The notes under the pieces were generated by a model. It did no database searches. It had not been told where the DNA came from and saw nothing but the letters and a program-made list of their open reading frames with translations. Both the position numbers and the translations under genes were made by a program. A stretch of DNA of 63,723 nt. Source: Phoronis australis. Its lineage: Eukaryota; Animalia; Phoronida. Shown here in pieces: positions 13,001 to 25,000 of this stretch (the first letter of the stretch is position 1; each line of letters starts with the position of its first letter). The stretch is from the NCBI GenBank assembly GCA_002633005.1, contig NMRA01000059.1, positions 232,992 to 296,714 on the forward strand. Reading direction: 5' to 3'.

Positions 13001-16000
13001 ATGTAGACAACACCACCTGAGTAGATGTCAATGATGGTGAAGTAGTTTCCATAGAGCCAGAATGTTCAGTGTCATCTGTAGCCTTCATCAGACATGAGTC
13101 TGACTTACCAGGGTTAGAGCCAGAATGTTCAGTGTCATCTCCAGCCTTCATCAGACACGAGTCTGACTTACCAGGGTTAGGCAGCACAGTATCATCAGAG
13201 ACAGCATTCAGAACATTAGTCATCACGAGATTCTGGGAGTCTGAATTATTATCAACCTCACGTAATAATAAACTATTTGTTTCTATTGTTGCACATCTTT
13301 TCTCAATGTCAACCATACCAGTCTTACTATTGCCCAATGAAATCTGACTAGCTTCCATACTGCTATTACTTTGGTTGCCAGTCCTTTCTGATACAGTATT
13401 GTCAGTCACATGATCAGTCATGTGACCGCAACTAGGGTTAGTCTTGGTAGCATTGGAGACTATCACCTCACTCCATTGCACTTGAGTATTGCTCAGCTCT
13501 CTTGAACACGTATTTTGTTTCCATTCACTGTCAACATTGTTCTTGTCCGACCCTGACTTACTGAGTTCCTCCCCCGTGCTACACAGTTCTTCTTTGTCCG
13601 AACAATCAGAGTCGTCATCCTCCTCAATGACCTTAACCGTGGCGCCTGACCTTAGTTTCTTGACCTTGGTCTCCTCCAGTGTAATCTCAGGCATCTCAAA
13701 TACATTCCTGTAGATCATCTCGGGCTCAGATTTTGCAGTTTGCACAGACTTCAACTGAAACATGGTGAGTACATAAAGGATCAAAAGAAAGTAGTCAACA
13801 GATGGCGCAATAATAAAAACAGTGCGTACAAGCATACCTTCTGATTTCAAAAGCTCGCCATGAAACTGACCAAGAACACGGTTAGATAAAAAATTCTGAA
13901 AAATACTGATAAGTATATTTCCATGACTAGAATAATGATTTAGTCTCCAATTAAACTAACGAAGAGAAACATGTGAAAACAATAATAAAGTAATTTGGAT
14001 TACGATTGCAATGAACACTAATTTACTATTTGTCATAATTACAATTATATCCCAATATACGATTTGGTACACTGAAAAGAACATCAAAAATTTAACGCTA
14101 TGTGCGATTCAACAGAGCACAAATACCATGACAGTGAGACATAGGTGTCTCGATAACAGTCTGTGATAGAAAATATTATAAAACCTGAAAGTCTTCACCA
14201 CAACTGTGTCTAGTGAGAAACATTATATTGATACTCACCACAGATGAGAATTTTTCCGTAGTCACCAAATGTTGGGCACATCTGGCCCCTACAAGAGCCT
14301 TCATAACCGCAACACAGCCTTCTTGAACCTGCTTGTCCAACGTGGGGCGCCACAGGTCCATGCCAGTGTCTGGACAACAGTTCTTGCACGTATACTGGAT
14401 GACCTCTTCAGGTAGGTATGACAAGATCTCGTACATCTCATCTGCAAACAGACCAAAATACTTAAGTAACGTATTGGAGACCACAACTTTGTTATTGTTA
14501 CTATGTGACTCAAAGAAGCATTAATGATGATAATTACGCCAAACATATCACATCACAGAAGAGTCTGCCAGCCTAATACATTGAACACACAATTGTAATA
14601 TGTACTGTCACTAAGTGAAGTTTGAACATAAAGACAATGTCTATATTTGTTATCAAAAGTTGGAACACTAAGACAAATTGGAATGGTATAAGTAACATTT
14701 CAATATAAGAACAATTATTAGTGAACATACAGCATTGGTACAGGAGCTGGATTATGATCCAACAGAGGTCACTCTACTAGTTTATGATCCAACAGAGGTC
14801 ACTCTACTAGTTTATGATCCAACAGAGGTCACTCCACTAGTTTATGATCCAACAGAGGTCACTCTACTAGTCTACTAGATAATAAAACTGCTCTCAGACA
14901 GCTTTTGATTTGCGTCAGTTACGCAACTAACATTCTGCTTATTGACAAACACATATAACTGTTCACTCAACACATGTTATGAGAAGGAACTACACATACC
15001 TGACATGTTCTCACACTTGGCATGTACCCTGCTGATACATACCTGACATGTTCTCACACTTGGCATGTAACCTGCTGATACATACCTGACATGTTCTCAC
15101 ACTTGGCATGTACCCACGCCTCACACTTGGCACACTGTACCATCTTACTCTCCCAGTCATCATCCGAGTAGCACTTGCAGCAGATGGGGCAGTAGTTACC
15201 TGTCAAATATACAGCAGAGTCAACTAACATCTACTCACAATGAGGCAGCAGTTACCTGTTCAATATACAACAGATTCGACGAACATCTACTCACAATGAG
15301 GCAGTAGACAAACATACAGCAGAGTTGACTAACATCTACTCACAATGAGGCAGTAGACAAATATACAGCAGAGTTGACTAACATCTACTCACAATGAGGC
15401 AGTAGACAAATATACAGCAGAGTTGACTAACATCTACTCAGAGTTGGCCAACAATGATTAGTGTTATCAAAGGAGCTGCCACTCTCACACATCTCCATGT
15501 ATGCAAGAATAATCCTGCACTGCACCTTTGCAGTATGGACACATAAAAATACAATTTCAGCAGTGCAATATCTGGTAGTCAAAACATTGGTTGCCAACCT
15601 CAAGTTGGCAAATGCAAACTCAACATCATTAACAGGCATTCCTTTGATGCCCTACTGGATCCAGTTCCTTCTTTACAGTAACTGTGTCCAATACTGAAGA
15701 CTCCTAACACTAAAGAAATGGAAATATGTCTTTGACTTATGTTATCCATGTCTTGCACTTGTATTTTTATTTTTTGTCTTGTGTTTGCTTTCATGTTTTT
15801 CTTTTATTTCTCTGTACTTGTGTGATTCTAATAAGCTTATTATCATTATCGTTATCATTGTTGTTATATAGAAGGCAGGTAAGGCACACAATCTCACTAA
15901 CTCACCTTTCTGCATCAACTGTCCACATTCATAACAGAGAGAGAAGTCATACGTCCAGGAGCCTGAGGGGCCAGGTGTGGTGGCTCCACAACTACGACAC

Positions 16001-19000
16001 TTGACACATTTACTACACACCTGAGATTAAATAAAAATGAGCTCTAATCAAAAACAGTATAACTGCTTGTTTTCAACTCCGAAATATTTTTTTCTAATTG
16101 AGTGAGTTATCTTCACAGCAAATTGCAGCTTTCAATATCGACATAATACACTTAGTTTGTGCACAGAATGTATTATTGTATCACTGACACTCTCTAAAAC
16201 AGGATGCATATTTGTTGATCCTTCAAAGAGAAACAATAGGGGCAGATCACTTAGAGACAAAGCAAACAGGATATATAAATATACGTAGCGACAGCTATAC
16301 ACAGACTGTTCAAGCTTCATGTTCAGAAAACAAAATCCTGACTGGAACTAAAAATAAGCTCAGAAAATCACTACAGTCTCACAACTCACAACCATTATTT
16401 GATCCACAATTACAATAATAATGATTATGATGATGATAACAGTAGTGGGGTCATTCTTGAATACTTAGTGCTATTTTGAAATTTTTACAATAAGAAAACA
16501 TGAGGATAGTCCAAGACAGGACTTACCCAAATATTTTTCTTGGTCGGTTTAGTGGGATACAGAGGCCCTAGACACTGTGGGTGATAGTGTTCATGGCAAC
16601 GGTCACACTGCAACAGTTTCTGAAATAAACCAATATATGTTGATGTTGGTCAATCACTGTTAGTTCATTCACTACATTCTAATGACCACCTTCAACACTG
16701 GCAGTTATTAACAAAATAAAATGAAACAAAATCAGACCTGTGTATCGCCAAACTGTTTTGGAGTATTCTGCATACCAGACTTGAAGACTTTAGTGAAGGT
16801 TGGATGATGGTAGTGAATATTCATAGAAGCGACTTCATGATTCACGAATTGTCATGTGACTGAAAATGGCTGACAACACAATGTCCACAGCCACGCCAAC
16901 TTGAGTTATTTTTTAATCAAATTTAAGAAGCAGACATCATTTTTGAATTTTTAATCAAAAAGCAAGCACCCGCCTTCCATTTTAACGCTACACTCATCAT
17001 TTCCATTATGCAATAGTTACAGAAACAAATGGATTAACTAAGTTGATTTGATGTGTATTTTTGAAGTCAATACACACTTGCATACTACTAGTCAATTTCT
17101 CTGCTACTACGCCCGTTATACATATGATACACAGGTCTGCACAATAAAATGAAATGGTGCTGTCTAGAAGACTTACATGTTACATCTGGTACAAAGGTCT
17201 GCACAACAGAATGAAACGGTGCTGTCTAGAAGACTTACATTTTACATATGGTACACAGGTCTGCACAATAAAATGAAATGGTGCTGTCTAGAAGACTTAC
17301 ATGTTACCTATGGTACAAAGGTCTGCACAATAGAATGAAACGGTGCCGTCTAGAAGACTTACATTTTTCCTCAGTCCACACACACTGCAGTAGCGACATT
17401 GTCGACAACACCAATTGGACACATCATCACTCTGCGGTCGCTCAGTCTCCTCCAGGCAAAACTCGTGAAATGGCTCACAACAGATTGAGCAGAACAGAAA
17501 CTATAAGGATAGAATGGCTGTGTGTCAACAATGGATCAACAAATGTAGAGAAATGGCTGCGTTCTCATTAACAGACACAGAGAGTCTTACAACTACACTT
17601 TACACCTACAAAGAATATGAAACAAAAACTGTAAACATGCAAGCTAAACAAGTGATGTGAAAAACTTTTATAACTGAATGTCAAGTCGTCAAAAATGAAA
17701 TCTAATGAACTCCCCAACTAACCATAAAGGTCAAGGACAATTTACAAATGGCAAATACCCTCTAGCAGCTAAGCTTTGATTACAGTCCATCTCCTCAAGT
17801 TTTCAGGTCACCATAGACACTTGTTTACTGTATACAAGGGCAGGAGGACTTACCTGATGTTTACCAGCAGAGCCACACAGGTAACACAGTGTTCTGATAC
17901 ACATGGGTGTTGATGCAATGAGGGCCATACCATGTAACCAGGCAGTGTCTACATTATAGTCATCCTACAGAGCAACATTAATGAATCATAGAGTTACAAA
18001 GTAGACACACAAAGTACAATGACGTGTTAAAACAATGTTTGTTAGTTACCACAATATGTTTATTCCCGCCAACCAAACAGTTTTACTGAAAATGTCAATT
18101 CGCAAAAAATGACGAATCATATACTTGCCTTATGTGACTTGACAACATTAAGACACAACTGTAGAGTTGAACAACAGACAGTATACGTTTACCTTCTTTA
18201 AACTATTTGACCAATTCTTTATCATCTCATCATTATACAAATCACCTTAAAGTTGGCCATGATCTTATGTTCTTTCCTCTTTGTCTCAAGATGTTTATCT
18301 TCCTTCTCTGACTCAAACTGCCTCACTATCAGGTTCTGACTATCCACCTTGTTCTTATCTGCCATCTTCTCTGCCTGTAACGTGTCACTCCCATGTATAT
18401 ATATATATATATATACCATAATACAGATGTGAATTTTATCTCCAGCAAAGGGCTTCAATAATTCATGAGCTACAGAATATGCACAACCAAAAAATCTACA
18501 GAATGGTACATAACCCTTTGTGATAAGATCTATATGACGGTGCAAAACCCATTGTAACAATTAGTGCTATCCAAAGGAAGAAACTAGTCTATTTATTCAC
18601 CAGAATCTGCAATGTGCATACATGTAGCTAAATTGTATCCAATTCCAAGTATAACAGAGACCACACTTTACAGCAAATTGCTCCATCTAACTTTAAACAG
18701 ATGCCAAACTTTAGAGGCTCTGATAGAAGATAGTGACAGTAACACACCAATCAACTGACAGTATACGAAAGAGTGACTATACACAAAGACCATGCAAGGA
18801 ATAATTATCACTCACTAGTCTCTGGTTTTTTCTCTGTAAAAGCAATGTCTTCTTTTTCTTCAGCACATCATCCATGTCCGCTTTCGTTTGACCTTTGCGT
18901 GACACGTTTTCATCCAACTTTACATCAGTATCAACCTCCCGCTGAGCATCAGTAAATCGGAATTCAATGTTTTGTCGAGCCCTCTTTGCTGTCTCATTTA

Positions 19001-22000
19001 CTAAAGGGCTTTTATCTTTGCTTTCTTCAACAACTGGTGTTCGCTTTACTTTCTGTTGCCGTGGAGATTTTTCCCCAGCGTTCTCTTCAGCGTAGTGCGG
19101 ATTTGTACATAGACGCAGACTTTAAAGATCCAAAAGTTACAATGAAAACAAAAAAACTTAACAAACATATCAAAGGTCTAGACAATGTTGAAAGACTTGA
19201 TCAATGCCAACCAGTCAACCAGGTTTGTTGCAAAGAAAAATCTGTGGAAGATTAACAAGTTGACAAAAATGCGACATAGCAGGGATGTAGGCACACATGG
19301 TGCAGCAGAAGTACAGTCATACTTTTAGAGTTGTTTTAGATGTTCAGTGGAAGACTTAACAATTTTATTATTGCATAAAACTACCACAAGAGCTATTTAA
19401 CATTAACTATGGAAACTTTATTTTATAGAAAGTCAATAAACTATTAGAATTATAAATAGAAACCAACAAAGCAAAGTGAAGAAATAAGTAACAACTGTTT
19501 CAAACAACGATTCTATGTCTATTTCTAACACATGTAGCTTGCTAATACAACATTGGAGTTTAATAAATATACAAACTATAGTTGCAGATAATGTAAGCAG
19601 TTGGAAAGATTATACAGAAGATACAAAAAACACAAGAATAATTCTTATGAAATCAGTCCAGAAACTGAGCCAGCCATCACAGTTAGGGTCAAGGTCATGG
19701 TCAACGTCACGGTCACCATCACCACTAGTCAAACCACAACACTGAGTGGGTGTACATGGTTAGCAGCTCAGTGATAATGTTCTCTTGATTAGGAATTTTT
19801 CTTAAATGCATACTTTGAACAAAGTGTTAACACAAACACACAACAAAGTCGTTAAAGGAGAATGCCACCCGATTTAATTAGTTTTTTTTGCCCTCTTGAT
19901 CAGTCTATATCCACATCGCCTCGCATATGGTCGACCTTACCTTGCCAAGAGGTGTCGCATTAACCTGTGAGGAAGGTGAGAAACGACGCTAGCGACGTCA
20001 GTGGTTCATCTGCAGAGTGAATGCCGCTATGTTGCGGTGCATCGTTCCCGCTTGTCTGAACTATGCAGCTGCGAGAAAAGCGGGTATATCGTTTGTTTCG
20101 ACTTCCTTGAGAGACCGAAATGCTTAGGAAGTGGCTCGTGGTAGTGAAGAATGAAAAGTATGCTATAAATAGCAAATATGAGGCCGTGAAACATCTCCGT
20201 GTCTGTGGCCTGCAGTTGTCGACAGTGCCTGATGAATGCCGGCTTACTATCCAATCCATACGTTCCGTTGTCTGAGCTTGTTCACGGCGCCTCTCTAGTA
20301 TTTCTTCATCACTGTATTCCTGTTCGAATTGATAGCCCGTGAAACTTAACGATCCACCCGCTAAGTCTCCGTAGGGATTGACTGATGAGTTCTCATCTAA
20401 GTCAGGATTGCGAGTTGCCATGTTGATGTTTATTACTTAGCGTTCTGTTTCAAAATTATTATTCTCATCCTAACCAATACTTATATAAAACTGAAACAAA
20501 GTCTGCCTCATTAGATGCAATTTGTAATGCCTTTGGAGTGTTCGTGAAAGCAAAGACTTGAGAAGCCACCAATGAATAAATCACTGCGTTAACGGCTTTA
20601 GGTGCAATAAAACTAATTGACGGGACACCGAGGCCGTGTGAGCTCATGCTAATTTAGTGTTTGCTGGCAGAAACTGTTGTGAAACAACTCAGTCGATTTC
20701 CACCCCACGGCCTGGTGTTAGGGAAATCTTTATTCACATTTACATTACTCAAATAATGATTGTCAATGTACAACTTCGGCCCTAAAGCAGAACCTAAATT
20801 CGTGGCTCCCGACAAGAAAGTAGATTTGCAGTTTCGTGGGTAATTCACCAACATAATCACGTGCGCATTACTTTGGCTCACTAGTATAGTATTTTCTTGA
20901 CTGGAAGTTTAGTTTCCAACTATGGCTGGTTTATGTTCGTGATGTCTGATCAGTTTCCGAGCCACTGAGCAGGATAGCGAGACAATCCGGCCGGCCGTGA
21001 CGGGCCTGATCGGGCTCCGAGCCACTGGCCAGGATAACAAGCGTTTTGTGTGTTTCGAACTCAAAAACAACACAGATCTGGGTTATCCTGTCCATATCTC
21101 ACGAAAAATATTTCGAATTTGTCTCCGAACAGACCCCAAACTCCTGCTACGGACCTTATTGGTCTGCGGAACTTTGTAGGCTATGGTGTGTCCAAATACC
21201 AATAAATCCGTAACAGCGAAATATAACAACATGTTTTTATAAGAACGCGGTGTACTTTTAAGGGTTTTACATCGAAGTTTGATGATTTATTGGTGTTAAA
21301 CGATGAATTCAAGCGATAAGCTGACACCAGTTACCCGTGTTGTGAACTGCTGAACAGATTGCGTGTGAAACCAATTACGTCATTGGATAATTTCAACACC
21401 TCCGTCTGCCGTCAGGTGTCAGGTAACGCAACCGTACGTGCCGTTATGGAGCAGAACTACTTGATCTAAATTGATAAAAATTAGGTTGTTTTTTGGGTGG
21501 CATGCTCCTTTAAAACAATAGGTATGTCAGGCACTGTAATTAGGACAAATCCAGGTCACCAGTCCAATTAGCCCGACATGCTCTGTGATGTAATTGTACC
21601 AAATTAACAATGACAAGTAATCAGACTAAAATACTGTGTAATGTATTATAAACAAAGATTGGTTTTAAAAATGACACCATACGCCAAATGTAACAGTTAC
21701 TGTTGCAATAAAACAAACTTGTATGCCAGTAATAAGTCAAATATTTTGACTTCATGAGTTTCAATTGAAAACAACAAGTGGTTAAATAAAAAAAGCTCAT
21801 TTAGAATTTCTGAAATCCACAATATTGAGGTATGGTGAATTTTTTGAAACACTACATAACTAATAAGATTCGTCAGTTTAACAGTTCTCAGTAAGTTAAA
21901 GGCAGGAAAGTCTTGTGTGTAGGCAGGAGGCTCTGTGGATACTCATAAATGATTGGCTCCACGATTGGATATGTGACAAATGGGAGGCTTTGTGATTGGA

Positions 22001-25000
22001 TATGTGACAAATGGGAGGCTTTGTGATTGGATATGTGACAAATGGGAGGCTTTGTGATTGGGTGATTGGCACGTGGGTGTCTCTCTTGATTGCATCACTC
22101 AGATAAAGAGGGTTCCATGACAAGAAAACAGGCAAGTGGGTGACAGTGACTAAACGACGACAGATTGAGTCACTATTCAACATGTTCAGAAATATGCACT
22201 AAAACTATAGCACACACACACAAACACACACACACACCTGTGAAAGCGAGTTATGACCAAAACCAAGCATCAAAAGAACCAAGACAAAAAGCTACAACCT
22301 AAGCTATCCAAACTCCAACTTACTTGCACGACTGTTTTAACACACCCCGTCCGCCAAATTTTGGCATATCTCTGAAAAATTCAGCACGATATTTTAGCAT
22401 GACATTCAACCTCAACTTACACGCAGGCTTGTTTCATGGTTCCTGGTCCGCCAAACTTTGGTTTATCTCTGAAATGATTAGCACAGTCAAGAAGCAGAGC
22501 CTGCACTAGGTTCACTGACATTGCGTTAAAAGATCATATTCAAAAATAGACAAGTAAAACTGCAGAGAACAACTGGTATGGGCACTAAAGGGAAGTATAA
22601 CGACGGACTTGAGAGAGGTAAACAATTGAAATAAAAACTCAATAATCATAGTAACGATATGCTACTTTCATTTGAAGGAATATGCCAGAGTGCCATTGAT
22701 TCCATTCAATCTCATCACTTGTTTACTTACAGACAATTTCTGCAGGTGCCACAATCTGGTGTGTTACATCCTTTACACTGGTTACAACGCATTCGTCGCT
22801 TGCGTCTGCCACTTGGTAACCTGGGTGCATTTTCATCAGCAGACAGCCCGACCTTGACCTTGACATCTTGACCCACCTGTTCACTGATAGGCACCTCGTC
22901 CATGTTGTCTTCTGTAACACAGTATGCTCAACAAAATACAGCGACCTTCACAAACGTGCGCATTGCTTGAAAGCAGTGCACAGCACAACTACGAAACATG
23001 TGCCCATTTAGATCTATGAGTCTCAATATATAAAGATGTGCTTGGATCATTTAGATCTATGAGTCTATATATATGTAAAGATGTGCCTAGATCATTAACT
23101 AGACACGTGTCTATATGTGAAACACTTCAGTAAAACCAGGGAACCAACTCATAAACTATTTTGCAAGTGCAACTTGACTTTTCCTTTAACAATGCTACAT
23201 GTTGACAATACTCAGTAGGACATACTATTAACATTAGCAAGACAAAGTCTTGATATTAGGCTCAAGACTGCAATACAAATATAAACATGTGGGCGCATAA
23301 AAATAAGACTGCATTGATGGCTCCACATTTCATGAATTTCAAAATTGACCAAAGAAATCCAAAAACAAGGAGGCAAGCGTAAAAAAGCCAAAGGTGGAGT
23401 GAAAGAGGATTGCTCACCCTTTTCCCTGGCATCCTTTTCTATAATTTTATGCTTGTACGTGTCTGGTAGTGCACTTAGATGGAACTCAGGTTTAGAATCA
23501 AACACAGCTGGTGACCCCAGAGCTATGGCTTTCTTACGACACACATGTTTGATCCGTGGTCCTCGACCTAAAGGAAAATGGAGAATAGACAAGTGGTAAC
23601 ACTAAAATATAGAATGAATATAACAAAGATGATGGGTCACAAAACAACATTATCTAGAAAGCAAGACGGCTTCAGCACAATTTCCTAGTCCGCATTGTTT
23701 TACACATGACTTTGGGACATTAATTACAAATCTATGCTTAGTCAAAATTGTTGGTGCGTTGAATTTCAATTCAAAATGAGGTTAAATCGAATAAATCAAA
23801 TAAGTCTAATGAAAAACTCTGAACTAACTTAACATTATATATTAATACAAACTATAGCAAACAGAAAACAGACAAAGTAATTTTGAATTCCATAATGTCC
23901 AATAATATTAATACGCGTTGAATACATTGTTTCCATATTGAACTCTCAGGACTATTTTTAACAGCGCCCTCTGCACTCAGACATGGAAAGTACAAAGAGT
24001 AGGTCAATGTCGATTCAACGTCGCTAACGGGCTTGATCATAAAACTTTCCAACAATAGCGTAAAGTTCCAAAATGGCAACACTATAAATAACACTAAACA
24101 TGCAATCAGGTACCAAACATAACATCTGGTAAAAAACTGTTACTTTTAACACTTCTGTCTCAGTTTTATTTGTTACAATATATCGTCTGCAACTCAGGTG
24201 CCAATCCCTCGGTAACTAAAATGTTGAATATAGATGGTAATTACTTTCAAAAATGTAAGAAGTTCAGTGCGCAGTTACTGTTGTTGTCATCTTTGTTATC
24301 TCTTTTCAAGTCATAAATCATTACATTTAATACTGTTTTTTTACTAAAGTAAACTTATAGCATCACGCGCAAGTACATACACTACAGGTTCTGATACGCC
24401 ACATAAAGTCTGGGTGAAGTATTTCAAAAATGTACCAAATAATCAAAGAAACTAAGAGCTTGAAGTATTGAAGTATAAAGGATGAATGCCTTCGTTCTCA
24501 GTCGATAAGTAGAATAAGGTCGAGTGGGATCATGATATTATTTCATTTAGGCCACTCACAGTATGTTTTGTGTACTTCTAATGAAATGACAAGTATTGTT
24601 AATTCAATACCTGAGGAGGCAGATGCCACACTACTGGCNNNNNNNNNNNNNNNNNNNNNNNNNNNNNNNNNNNNNNNNNNNNNNNNNNNNNNNNNNNNNN
24701 NNNNNNNNNNNNNNNNNNNNNNNNNNNNNNNNNNNNNNNNNNNNNNNNNNNNNNNNNNNNNNNNNNNNNNNNNNNNNNNNNNNNNNNNNNNNNNNNNNNN
24801 NNNNNNNNNNNNNNNNNNNNNNNNNNNNNNNNNNNNNNNNNNNNNNNNNNNNNNNNNNNNNNNNNNNNNNNNNNNNNNNCCATAGGTGGACAAGTACTTG
24901 CGGTAAAACTTGCGACAACTGTCACAACTGGGAACACCATAATAGAGGCCATTACTTGACATACACAGCCGAAGGTGACCGCACACTGCACATCCCACCC

